The position numbers were made by a program, and so were the translations under genes. From contig JAUZTB010000076.1 of the NCBI GenBank assembly GCA_034780895.1, positions 48,739,475-48,803,253 on the forward strand: a stretch of DNA of 63,779 bases, written 5' to 3'. The notes beneath the pieces are model-generated. The model was not told the origin of the DNA. It saw nothing but the letters and a program-made list of their open reading frames with translations, and did not search any database. The DNA comes from Rhynchobatus australiae (taxonomy: Eukaryota). Positions 50,911-63,779 of the stretch are shown here, one piece after another (position 1 is the first letter of the stretch; every line of letters starts with the position of its first letter).

Positions 50911-53900
50911 GTACGTTCCTTGCAAACAATAGGAAGGTCTGAAATGAAAGACAAGGTAAGGTCAGGTTTACTTTTAATATCGATTGGGACTGAGCATCAC
51001 TGCTCCCAGTGAATATCAAAAGCCTTTTCTCATTTGGGTTTTTCTTGAAGCTCACCAACTCCCCACATGGAAGTCAGCTCATCTTAAAGCAGCTCTTTAT
51101 GACCCACCCACACAGACCATATTTAAGAGCTTTCTACAGCCTTGCAACATTTCAGAAGCCCATTACAAGTTAGTGGTGAGCTCCCTTTAGACCATGGTAG
51201 CTCAGCAAAGCCTCCTGCTATCACACTAAATTGTTTAATAGCATCACAGCGGGATTATCAACAACAGGGAAGGGCACAGAACAGTGGCTTGTTCAGCTTC
51301 CTTTAATGGAGTTTGCCTTCCTGTTAATGGATCTTGTATAGCATTTGATGAACTGAATGTAGTTGCTGATAGCTAACAGATGGATCCCAACGACGAGACG
51401 CAAGTGACCTCATTGCAAACCTTAACTCGTTAATATTTAAGTAGGGTGAAGCTAACTGCAAATATTAAGTGCTTTCTATTCCTAATTTTAAATATTCCAA
51501 AGATATCTCTTGCAGCTTCCAAAGGGTTTGTGTGTTATCAACTTGCTGAAACTTGAAAGGATTCATGAGGTCTGAAGTAATACGATATGTTCTGCAGGAG
51601 ATGGGTGTGTAACCTTTGAGTGGTGACTGGGCAACTGGGGCATCTGATACCAAGGAAAGAGTCACCTAACTGGTTTAGAAGGAAAATCACCAGTTGTGAA
51701 ATACCACAAGAGGGAAAAGAGATCAATTTTTTCCAATTTACCCTTCATGGATGGTTACTTTATTTGAATTGGCCACATTCAAATAGTTTCTACATTACAG
51801 GATCAGAGCTTCATGAGTGAAGTCTTGTGATGTGTGCATTAAAAGGCGGCCACATTGGTGGGTGTGGTTCCATAAAGATCTCTCAGCTCTTTGAAGGAGA
51901 TATATTACAGGCTGCATAGTTCTATTTAATGTTTTGCCGTAATAGAGTCAGATCAGTATACAACCTACTATAATTAGCTCGTTATGTAAAATCTATTCAC
52001 TGGATTTGTGACAAAGACTCCCCTTGCCAGCAGTTCTTGTTAGGAATTGGACATGGACTTTCAGAATGGAATTGGCCAATCTAGGCTGAGTTGGCAAGAG
52101 GACATCAGCAATCGGCCTCTGTCTCTTGCTGGATTATTGGCAAAAGTAGGATCAAGCTGGGATATGATACCTCCCAAGGTCTAATTGCTCATACTCACTG
52201 GATAAGTAGACCCACAAAGAATGGGTCACATGGAACCAAAGCAGGAACCATGGACTCTGGGAGGGGGTTAGGGATTAAGTGGGATGTGTTGTCAGGTCGG
52301 GTGGTGGTGGTGGGGTCAGTTGTGAAAGTGGAAGATCAAAGGCAAATTGCACATCGAGGTACATGGCAAATGACAAATTAATACCAGTCAGTGAAGTCAC
52401 CAAACACACAATTCTCCAAGTATCCATTCAGAGATTTTAAAGATCTGCTCCCAGAAAAAATTTCAAATCCCAAGTTAGACCCAGGATGAACAAGAGATAA
52501 TGCTAAAGCACATGAGCTTGCTAAAGATCTTAACAGTGCAGGGAACGTAAACCAATTAGATTTCCTTGTGCATTGATTTCAGTCGACATCGATGATAAAT
52601 GAGATTTTAGTTTCATTGTCAGAAATGAGAGAATAAAAAAGCCTGAGATAACCATCAGTTGGGGCTAACTGACCTCACATCTGTACTGCTGGCAGATGTT
52701 TAGCACATGGATATTTTTTTTCTGCAGTGTTACAGTAAGTGTGCAGCTGCCTGGGAACATTGCATTTCTTTGCTTGCAGTAGCAAAATGTTCCCACCTCA
52801 ATCAGAGCATTAGCAAAGCTGCTTGAATCTGGGTAGAGGGTTTAAAAATAATCACTCCGTAGAATGGAACATATTAACTCAAACGACCCTCCTGGCAGTG
52901 GGACTGTATAAACCTTAAAATAGCACAACCACATTGAGACATACAATCCTGGCTTTCTTGAGCGTGGGTAGAATGTGTCTTGTTAATGCTGCTTCAGATT
53001 CCTTTTACATGGGATGTTCTCATGGAAATACATCAGTCAAGCTGCTCCCAGAGGAACATGGCATTGAATTAATCATTTTAAAAAAATTAAATGTTTTTAA
53101 TTTTCAAAGTGTCAACACTTAACATTAGGCCAGAGCCAAGAGTTCTAAAGGAGAGATTTGACTCCTAACCAGAAAGTTCCAATCTCCAAGTGCTGGCCTG
53201 GATGATGGTTGAATTCTTTCTGTGTCCCTGGGTAGATTTTCCTTGTTCTTTTCCAGACCAGGATGCGGAGAAGGAAGACAGTGGGCAGAATCACCTGTTC
53301 TTTACGGCAGCGCATTGCTCTGTAACGCCTTCCCACAGCTTTGCTGCTGGCCGTTACCAGAGGGGAGCCATGCCGAAACCTCTCCAGTGCAGAAGGGGAA
53401 AATGGAAGGAACGAAATGACTTCAGAAAAGGACACTAATCATTTTAACTAGTTGGGCTGGAAGATGTAAAAAGAAAACACATGCTAATCCTGTTGTAGTT
53501 TCTGCAGCTGTAGCTGTGATCAAGGATTAACTGTAGAAATAACCTAAGCTCTTAATAATTATAAAGCAAAAGAGATCACGTTGATCCCTACAGGAACATA
53601 GATGCAATCAGGGATAGAAGTAAAGATGATGTTTTTTTTCCTCCCTGGGTATAAATCTCAGAGCAGCAAATTTAGGGCAGAATATCTGAGCTGCGCCACA
53701 CTGCACGATCCAGGAGGAGATGCTCCATTTCACACACTTGCCCTCCAGACGGACTGGTTTAGACAGTTGCTTCAATTTGGCACAGGTCACTAGCCATTGC
53801 CATGACAGCTGACTTTAGCAGTTCAAGGACCCTGTGGATATCATGATAAACACAAACTGCTCCCAGATTCACTTCTGTCACTTCCAGTTTGATATCAGAT

Positions 53901-53994
53901 TTTGGGCAAGGATGGTTGGGGAGGGGAGGGGATGAGGTGGTTGGTGATTGGAGGAAGAGTATGTGCAGTACAAGAATTTATCTAAGCATTTGTT

Positions 53995-54180
53995 TATGCT
54001 CAGTTGTTGAGTACATTTGAGATAAGAATCGATACAGTTCTGGTAATTGAGGGAATCCAGGGATATAGAGCTGGTGCTGGAAAGTGGCGCTGGGATCAAT
54101 GATCAGACATGACTTTATTCAATGGCAGAGCAGGCGCAAGGGGCTGAGTGGTCCTACCCTGCTCCTATTGCTTGAGCTCT
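53995..54180 (+). mobile_element. CR1 3'UTR fragment
   Basis: gggaatccagggatat...ggaaagtgg...gatcagacatga...aatggcagagcaggcgcaaggggctgagtggtcctaccctgctcctatt. Confidence 0.8.
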
Positions 54181-55176
54181 TGCAATTCTTATCAGAGAAA
54201 TATTGGAAGATTGGAGCTCTTTTGAGCTGTTATTAGAGTTCATGATTTCTTTGCATAAAGGAACAAGGAAGTCCTTGGATTTCTAAGGGAAATTGTATTT
54301 GAGTATTAGTGAGAACAATGATTTTAATTTTGCATTGCATGTGTTTTTGTAATATGTGATTCTCTGCTTATTAATTTCAAACTATACAAAACTGTATATT
54401 TCTATAGATCAATCCCTTTCTAAAAAACAAGTCTCAATCTCTCGTTGCTTGTAAACAGAACAACATGTACGTACTCACACAAAATATAAATCTGTTGTGC
54501 ATTTACATCATATTTGACCCAAGCAAGCGGGATTCTTGTGAATATATATATAAAAAATTAAAATCAAAGATTTAAAGATGCATTAGTATTTACACTTGAT
54601 AACCACAGTTAAACACACTCAGGTTTCTCTACACCATTGATCATATGTCTTCTTTAGTTATAGGTTTCCTTGTTTTTCAAACTTAAAACACAGTCCTTCT
54701 CTATTCAATCATCAGAAGAAATCTGCATAATAATCAAAATGCAACTTCCGAAAATACTCACTCAGGGACTATCATATACCTACTTCTACCACTCATTGGT
54801 CATCAGATTCATTTCATACCGCCAAAGATGATGCATAATTATTAGTAATTAGCATGACGCAGCATCTTTTCTCAGCCTTTGATGCGGTGCGGGTTTTCCA
54901 ATTATCTGGTCTCTAAGCAAATGTCTGAAGGTCAGTTGAGCTGATTGAAATAAGGACTGAAACTTGATCTGCCACAGAACCCACAGCTGACGGCACACAC
55001 AGGAAGAGTTCAGTGTGAGCTGTGGTGGTGAGCAAGAATAGTCAGCTCTGCTGCAAATGATTCCACTAAAGAAAAGGAAAAGCTTCAGTTGGCAGCAATT
55101 TAAACGCACAACTTTTAGCATCCTCACAGGTGTGATCTTAAGGCTACTCTGCAAGAATCAAACAAAGAAGTTTTTG

Positions 55177-55190
55177 CCACCAGAGGGCCA
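55177..55190 (+). promoter_or_regulatory. Candidate CTCF core motif
   Basis: CCACCAGAGGGCCA matches the first 12 positions of the core consensus CCASYAGRKGGCRS. Motif match only. Confidence 0.35.
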
Positions 55191-57009
55191 CAAGATGAAC
55201 ACTGTTCACTTGAGGTGGTTTGCAAAAGGTTTAATTTGCTATTAGTGAAAAAACACGTCCATTGAACCACAGTGTCTGCCGTTTCCAATTTTGTCACATG
55301 CCTGGGGAAAAAAAGTCTCCACCCAGTAAAAGGGCTTTCAATGTAACTAGCTTTGCCCATTAACCTGGCTCACAGCTAACCTAGTTATCCTGTAATAGTT
55401 TAGCACAGCTTTGGTTGACCCAGTATTTGGAGCCATCTGCGACTGGGTGCGATTCCAGTTTCCATCATATTTGCTTCTCCCTCTGACTGCTTGGACAGCA
55501 CCATATTTTCCTCCTCTTGGTTACTTGGAGCAGTGTCCAGGTAGATTAGCCTTAAATATTGGGAGGCTCCTGGTTAATGCTAAACAGTCAGCAACCTCAC
55601 GATACCTTACGCCTCTCTCAGTATTCATAACGTAAATTTCTAAAATGATTTTCAAATGTGTTATAAAGATGGGTGGAAATCTGAAACAGCAAAACAAAAG
55701 ATGTCCCCAGGCAGAAAGGAAGAGTTGAGCACATATCTGCAGAATGGAGAAGACTGGGGTGGAATGGAAAATGGCTGGTGTGCTGGAGATTTCATTTTGC
55801 TTGCACTGCAGTTTCTTTTCTTTATCTCCATAGGCAACCCATTCCAACCACCTATGGAAGAGGGCTGTCGAAGGTGGAATTCTTTGCGGCCACGATCGAT
55901 GCTGTCCCCTGACCGCCCGGCAGGAGGCAGATTTCTGCCGAGCCAGCAGTGATGTTCACTGGGTATCTGCCATTTAGAAGTGAGTAGCTCTGTGCATTAA
56001 ATATTAGACGTAGCTCACAGCTTCAGACAACTGGGCATGCCTTGCCAACTTGAACCTAATTAGGCACAATGCCACCAACTCACATCTACAGCTACTCCCT
56101 AAACTCTCTGCCTTGTAATTTCAACAGAATTGCAGCTATATAATATAAAATAAATCAATCCTCCAAACAGGGAATTATTTTAAAGTTCCGATTGCCAAGC
56201 ATAATAAAAGTTTACAGGTCTAATGTGCAAAGCAGACAACTGGAACCATTCCAAAATAGTTGTTCACAATACTCTTCAACAACTTAACATTGCTTGCTCC
56301 CTCCCTCTGCCTCCATCTCCACCCAATCAACACTTCCATTCTGATTCCAGCCAGAAGGGGTAATAATTCAATTTTAACTGGGCTACTTACTGTTTTCAAT
56401 GCATTTTAGAGACCATTTGGCATTTGAGGGTTCTTGAATATGCTTTAATTGATTGTGAAAGTCAATCATTAGTGTGTTATACTGAAATCTTCCCAGCAAA
56501 ATACTAAAGGGAAATTACATCTTTAAGCCATTATCTTGGCTGCTGCACCCTTGCCAGACCTGAACCCTAGAGTGTGAGCAGCAGTTATATTTGAACCTGG
56601 TCATTAAGGAAACTATTCCCTGTGTTTGTGGATTTAAAGCCCCTGTGTTGGCTAGAAAGAAGCAAACAAATCAAATCCTACTGTGACGACATAAGCACTG
56701 AGAACTGACATTTTCTGTTATCCTCTGAGAATGAACATTAGCTTTGGAACAATGTCAAAGCCAAGCTGTTATTCCAAACAATACATTTGGCAGCTTCAGT
56801 AATCTCGGCAAGGCTCTTATAAGGCTACCTCAACCCAGCACCATTTAAAAAGGTCAGCATTACCTTTAAAAAACAGTTCTAACCTTAAAAAATGATCAAA
56901 TGTTGACAACTATTATCAATTGGGTTTCCTTGTTTTTCAGCAAGGAAAAAGTTAATTATTATTTCAGTTTGATTTGTTGATGAAACCAAAGTCTTATTTG
57001 TGGAGTAAT

Positions 57010-57230
57010 AGGTTAGGTCCTTCTCCAGAGACCTTGAGGAGATGGTCCATGTGGACACATCAATTCAATGCCAATAGAGTGTTGTGCAATCAGAAGTATT
57101 ACCTCGTCAATTGAAGGGGAGAGAGAGAGAGAGAGGAAGGACAATGATGAGCAAACATCAGGCGTTATTAGAAAAGCAGGGATTTCTCTTGGCATATTGG
57201 CCGACATTCCTCCCTCATTATCCCTGCCAG
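57010..57230 (+). mobile_element. Deu-domain SINE, strongly decayed, with an internal GA run
   Basis: tccagagaccttgag...gacac...gagtgttgtgc and gaaaagcagggatttctcttggcatattggccgacattcctccctca parallel 20470-20790. Confidence 0.45.
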
Positions 57231-60200
57231 AAATAGAGGAAGATGACAGTTGTGCAATATATCTACATTTTATTCATAGCTAATTTCTAAATGTGTTGGA
57301 TTGCAGAAAGGATCCAGGGAATATCACTGAAATCTTTCCATTACTGATCTTTTTTGCATTCTATGACTAGAATGACTAGACTTTCTGTGAAAAGTACCAA
57401 CAATTTCCATGGAGTAGCTTCATCAACAGCAGAAAGTTGTTTTCAAAGCATCCCTGAGTCCTTCCCCAATAATTCTATTCTATTACTGTTCAGGAGCACT
57501 CGGGTCATATTAATAACATTTAAGTATTTTTTTTTGTTTTACTTCATAAATGAAATTGAACATCTTCCTATCATCACCAATCTTGAACAGGGAAGCAAAT
57601 ATTTGTGACTTTACAGGAATACATAACACAGTAGAAATGCTTTCATTGCATTTTGTTTATTATAGCAGAGGTTTGAGTCTTGAGTTAACCACTAAAATCT
57701 CTTGTGTCTGGGTCACCCAAACCTTAGTCCCTGTTCTGGAAGCTACAGACTAGCAAATCCTTTATAATTATACACTGTGCACAGACTGCATGAGTGGAAA
57801 GTTTAAATCATTCCACATCTCCAAATTGGGTTCAGACAACTCACTGGTACAGTCCAATGTCTTTGGGTTCATATTCTGCTTTTAAAAGGTCATATGATCT
57901 ATACACTCATGCACACATGCCTGCAATGCACATATTCGTCATCTTACAATGGAAGAAAGGTACAGTTGCACAATAGTTCATAGAAGACCTTGCACAAAAT
58001 TGTTAAACTGCCATCATACTGGCTTACTGCCATCTATGTCGCAAATTCATCTCGCATCATTCTTTAGACCTCAATCCAAATGGCAGCCAAATGATTTTCT
58101 CCTGCAACTCAGTTTGAGTTTCAAACCTGCCAAAGCCTTTTTTCTGTATTTAGCCTAAAAAAGAAGCTCCCTGGGTTTACTCACTGCAAATGCAGGGAAT
58201 TTACAACTACTTAAACAGATGCCAAGCTGTAACATAAGACCCAGAACCTGAATGGGTCACGCTAACCTACTTTACCATAAACAGACTGTAATCATGCAAA
58301 ACAGCATAATTCGCATGTGCTGTGGTCACCCTGTATGCCATCTAACCACAAAGAACCAAGCTGGTGAAAACTGCTGTGAGTTAAATATTCTATGTGGATT
58401 CTTCCTTTGTGCATACATTTTAAATACGTCGTTTCAACGTCTGTATGATTAATCATCTATTTCCTTTGTGCAGATTCCAGACTTTTATCCACAGGCAATG
58501 CAGTGTATTAGTCAAAAAGCATGCTATTTGTTTGAAAAGGAATTTCTTTGTAAGATGTATTTCTTGCTGTCACCATTGTTCATTTAATTGCCTTTTCTCC
58601 CAAACTTTCCATTCTTAAAAGGTTGATTTTTTTTCTCTCTCCATGGGAGTGGTGGTGGGGGTTAAAGGTGTGGGGGTGGCAGGGGGGAAGCATTGAGGAA
58701 AAATGTCTTTCAGTGAAAGCAATCAATCATTGCCTCCTCACATTGTTAGAGCCCTACAGACTGTAATAGCAAGGGGATTTTTTTTGCATGCAAACAGATT
58801 TTAAATATTTCTAAAATGATTTATTCAATTAGAAAATGCTCTTTCTGAGCTCCTGGCTCAGAATTCTTGCCAATTTTTTGCAGATTTAACTGATTAGAAT
58901 ACCTTTGTGTCAGAAAATTGCAAAAGAATTGCATGCCATAGACAATGAATTAGAGCCTTTTACAAAAATCTCTCAGCTTCTGGATTTTTTTTCCTCCCTT
59001 TAAATTGTTACGTTTACTGGTGGCTTCAGGGAACATTCAACGCTGTCGGTGAGTTTGATGCTATTGGAGAAACCATCGACCGTTGATTGTACCTTGTAGT
59101 CAGCCTCTTCCGACTGCCTTTGGGCTAGTTCAGGCCACGTAGAACAGTCTGAAACCTATTTTCTGTTTGTTATGACGGATGCTAACACGATCATTACAGA
59201 TAATTTCGGGGAATGTGGAAAACAAGTTCCTGCAAAGGTCACAATCAACATTCATTGCTGTCGGTGGGTTTAACTATATGGTAAAGCTCGCTGAACAATG
59301 AATGCAACTGTGGCCCAGATTTTAGCAACAGCACCTACAGAATCTACATTGGACAAGGCGGAGCTGGGATAGGTTATGATCCAAAGATGACTTGCACAAA
59401 GATAATACTTGTTTATATTTTGCATGCTTTCATATGTAGACAAGATATTAACAATGTTATTTACTCATAATTACTATGAATCGTGTGATGATAAAACCCT
59501 CATCTGGAATTGATCAGTGAATTTAACACGTTTGTAGCTTTAACATTGAAACCGGATTTTAACAGATGTACTGTTAAGACTTCCTGAAAGCCTTGGTCTT
59601 GTGACTGAGATGTTCTTGTCAGTTAGAAAGTGGCGATTACAAAAGAGTACCCCGTAGTACAGGCACGTTGTGAAAATTACTAAGTGAACATTCTTTCCAA
59701 ATCTTTCGCCATTGAAAAAGATAAGAATTCCTGTTTGTTATGAAACAGATGTCACAAAGTGAGATGATTTTTGCCAGATGACTGTAGAAAAGGCTGAACC
59801 AGCCTAATGCAAACAAAGGTTCATTCAAGCATTTGAACTAAATCAAGTATCTGAATAGTTGATCCGAGTTGGAATAGATCAAAAATGCTTTCTGGTTCAA
59901 GCCAGTGGGAGTTGGAGTCATTTGGAGTATTCTTTTCACCCAGTTCTTGCTGGACTTGCTGGGCACGATTGGTGTTGAATTCAGCTGCTCTGCCTGGCTT
60001 GGCCCCAACTAAATTAGTTCCCCTATTGCTGCAGTAATATTACATAATATCAAACAACCATCACCAATATCTCCAGGAGTCCCAGCTCAGTTGCAGAGTA
60101 CACACCATGCCTTTCACCGAATGCTTTCTTTCACTGAGCTGTATATTTATGTATGATAAAAATGTAACAGAAAATAAACTTTGCATCTGTCTTCTCGCAA

Positions 60201-60664
60201 AAAAAATTACTTGAGGCTTCCTTATTCTATACATGTGGCACATGAAAATGAAGTAGTTACAGTAACTTGCCATAAACTTTATTCAGTAGGTATACTGATA
60301 AAGAAAATGTGCTTTGCTAGTATTTGGAATAGTTTGAGAGGTTTGCTGCCAAAACAAATATTTAAGGTGTCATGTNNNNNNNNNNNNNNNNNNNNNNNNN
60401 NNNNNNNNNNNNNNNNNNNNNNNNNNNNNNNNNNNNNNNNNNNNNNNNNNNNNNNNNNNNNNNNNNNNNNNNNNNAACAAATATTTAAGGTGTCATGTTG
60501 TACTTTAGGACGTTCATCTGAGCATATTCTGCACCATTATGCTGGAGATATGATCTCCTTAAATCCAAAATCTATTCATTTAGTTTTCTTTCATTGACAA
60601 CTAACTAAACTGTCTGCAAAACGATTTTCACTTCCTCATCCCCTAACACTGTACTGTAACATTT

Positions 60665-60725
60665 GCTATTGGCTTTAAAGCACTTTGGGATATTCCAAGT
60701 TTGTGAAAGGTGCTTTACATATTTT
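60665..60725 (+). mobile_element. L2/Deu-SINE type 3' tail remnant
   Basis: attggctttaaagcactttgggatattcc...gtgaaaggtgctttacata. Confidence 0.4.
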
Positions 60726-63700
60726 TTAAAGTTTTTTTTAAACAGTCTTTCAGGCCAGTAGTGTTCATTTTATTCCCTCCCACTGTCTGAGATTGTGAAA
60801 CCATCACTTTAATGCACAAAAAAGTGTTTGTTGCAGAAATCAGGCATTTAAAATAAACGTAATCATGAAAAATCATGCTTCATCTGCAAGAAATTTATAA
60901 ACCCCAAAGAGGTTATGTGCAAAATAAAAGAGAGAGAAATTGAGCAAGGATTTAATTGTTCCTGACTTGGGTTTTACCTTTGTGGAAATTGTTTTCAAGA
61001 TCATTCTTTTTATAAGGCAGATTTGAAGAAGGGAAGCTAAATTGTGTATAAACTGCCTGTCTCCTATTTTAATGTACCTCTTGAAATCTTAAAACATTTT
61101 GATGATCAGTCAGGACTCTTAAAGATTGGAATAAATTACTGAATTTGTTTCATCTCAAGCAAGTATGACTTTCAGACTTGCATTGTATTTTATTCTTCAT
61201 GGCAAAAGTGACAAGTTTAAAACAGGATGCATTTGGTAACTCCAGGCCTGATCCTCAGCATCCTTTCCAATTGTGGATAGTCTCATCAGCTTGCATCATC
61301 TTGTCCTCAGCAATGCCCAGGTACTTATTTCCATTTGGAAATGGGAGCACTGACCAATTTTCAACTCGGCCGTGTTCAAAACCTCCATCCCAGACTAGGC
61401 GTACTTCTGAAACTATGTTAGAAACCTTTAGTTAGGACAAAGAATTATATTTAATGTTTTATTATACAGTTTTAATGTACAGTTTGTTAAAGAGCAATAG
61501 ATGACATTTAAAATCATATTACATTTGCTGGTTTTAGTTGTGTTATCCTTGGTAATATTTAGGATTTATTCCACTGCAATGGTAGAAAATATACCATTAG
61601 ATATGACAAAATTTTAAATGTTACAGAAAATCAGTAGTATTTTAATCTGATTTTCCTAAAATGAAAATTATTTGCTTGCTGTATTCTTTATGCAGACTTA
61701 ATTTGTCTTAAATGCTTTAATTATACTTTTCATTTGTTTGAAAGGTATATTTTTCAATAACTGTTGAGTATGCTCATTTACTTAAATTGTACTTTGCTAA
61801 CTATTTAACTCACCATTGAAGACAATGACAGGGAAGTGATTAGTTGCCTTTGCTCTTACAGAAAAATAATCCAGAACATTTAAAACAGACGTACCTGTCT
61901 TAGATGTTACAATTAAACTCATACCAACACAAATTTTCAATCATTAGTTTAAACTGTCTTAAAGCATCACATAGCATTTGTATGGTTCATTAAAGTTTGA
62001 AGGTTAGCAGCAGGGAGACCTTGCTAAATATTTGGGAGTTTTCCATGAAAGTAGAATAGACTGCACTAGAGTTCCTAAAAAAAATAAAAGATACACTGAT
62101 GTGGTTCAGAATTATGAGCTGGTTAGACCTAGTTTTTATGTACCCTGCCAAATATTTGGACTGGAAGCCTATTGTCACTACAGCCCATTGAAGCAGGCTA
62201 GTTTGTAGATGTTAAACACAGTAATATGTGGAATATTAGCTACTTAAATATCCCATTTTCGAGTATAGCACATGTAATTGAGAAATCAACACAAGGCTGC
62301 AACAACCCAGTGTTGCTGATTTAGTTCAAATGGAGCAACAACATTTGTCCCAGGAGCAGACACATTTAATTAGAGATATTCTTTGAACTGAATTCAAAAG
62401 GCAGCATGAGCAAAACTTGACAAGTTCAACAGAATATTTCTTACGTTTTTCCAAATTTCTTCTGAAAACAGTATGTGCAATTCTTATGCAAAAAGAATCT
62501 TCCTGAAAATAATATCATGTAACACTTCAGACATCAAGATTTAATGTGGAATAATATCAAAAGAAATGAACTCAGCCATTTGTGGGTTTATTTCTTTCTG
62601 AAAATTTCCTGCTCTACAGTCATTTTCCTGTCTGCATACTTCTTGAGCAACAATAACTTTCAATTGGTTTCAGACTGCATTAAGCAGCAGATTTTGTGGT
62701 CTTAAAGAGACAGGCTAACCTTAAAAGTTGCTTGATTAGCAGCCTATTTATGCAGCGTGTCATTCAACTTAACTGCATAATCAAATGGAATATCTGCTAA
62801 TTAATTATTCTTTTTCAAATTTTCTAAAAAAGCACACAATGAATTGAATAAATTACAATGCACAATTCATCAGAACTCTTGAGTGTCAGGTCTAATTACT
62901 GCCAGGAGTATTGATTCTTAGCCACCGTTTAACCACAATACTGCAGACTTCTCCTCCGCAGTGACAGATGGCAAATGTACAGAATTATTGATGCAAACAA
63001 ACAGGTTTTTCTTGGAAATCAGTAAAATTATTTCATGTTACGTGCAAAACCATATTTTTTAGGAACAGCAGAATGAGTGATAGAATCCCTTTACTGTGGA
63101 AGGCTGTGCAAGTGTCCAATGAATGAGGAGCATACTTTGTTTCTGCTGGGTAAGCTGCAGAATTCCAAGTCAGACTTCCATCAAATCGGAGTATTCACTG
63201 CACCAGTTTCATTATGCCTCCTTTGGATTCTGATTTGAAAATGTATTAAACCGTATGAGGCAGCCCAGCCAACTTCGCACAATGTCGCTGATCCAGAAAA
63301 TAGTCATTCCCCAGAATAAAATAACTAAAAGGAATCATCTTAAAGGCGGCAAGTTATAATGACTTACTTTATTATTCATTCTACATTTTTCTCGCCAGAA
63401 ATGTGTAGTTTTTTTTGGACATGTAACCTATCAATACGAAGATCAAAAGTGGAGTAACCAGTAGAGCAGTGAATGCACGCGTCAGGGGTTTTGATATATG
63501 GAATGTTGTTTCTAAATGCTTCGATGAGCTGAGAGTTAATTCAGCTGATGCTGTTTACTGTAATTTACAACAGCACCATAACAAAAACAGTGCACTCTTC
63601 CAAGCATTGGAACATTTAAATAATCTTAATGAATTATAAATCTACACAAAATTCCAGCAGGATATTTACTCAAAGGCAAACAGAATTATGTAAATTTAGT

Positions 63701-63779
63701 GCAAATTATATCTGAAATCTTGTGTGTAAAAATCAGATGTTTCCAACAATGCACTTGCCAGGTAATACAGACAGTAATA

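Noticed and set aside
55490-55503. GGACAGCACC as a REST/NRSE site
   Set aside because: Right half-site only; the TTCAGCACC left half is absent.
60353-60498. 23-bp direct repeat flanking a gap
   Set aside because: Same 100-N overlap artefact.
1-63779. A prokaryote-style novel system (CRISPR, defence operon) or an intact autonomous transposon/endogenous virus
   Set aside because: The DNA is vertebrate and intron-like, with no long uninterrupted ORFs and no regular repeat-spacer array. All RT fragments are truncated and disrupted.

Overview
Vertebrate, mostly non-coding genomic DNA. The repeat families (HER1-like CR1 LINEs, HE1/V-domain SINEs, Deu-domain SINEs, L2, Rex1/Babar, a Penelope-derived inverted-repeat element) point to a cartilaginous fish; this is inferred from recalled repeat sequences, not from a search. 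I found no host protein-coding exon I can recognise. The only ORFs with recognisable homology are decayed LINE reverse-transcriptase fragments. A CpG-enriched, promoter-like region at about 2.6-6.6 kb carries CCAAT boxes, a CACGTG E-box and splice donors on both strands, and a 550-N gap inside it may hide the real first exon. It is followed by about 57 kb that reads like a very long intron or 5'UTR region of an unidentified gene. I found no CRISPR array, rRNA, true tRNA or convincing new multi-gene system. The best leads are a long G-U-rich hairpin at 44.04-44.14 kb, hammerhead-ribozyme remnants at 11.55 kb, a cluster of minus-strand exon candidates at 40.4-41.9 kb, a candidate 90-nt uORF-bearing exon at 17.3 kb, a V-SINE with an apparently swapped LINE tail, and two local diverged duplications. 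Repeat boundaries are approximate (judged by eye).
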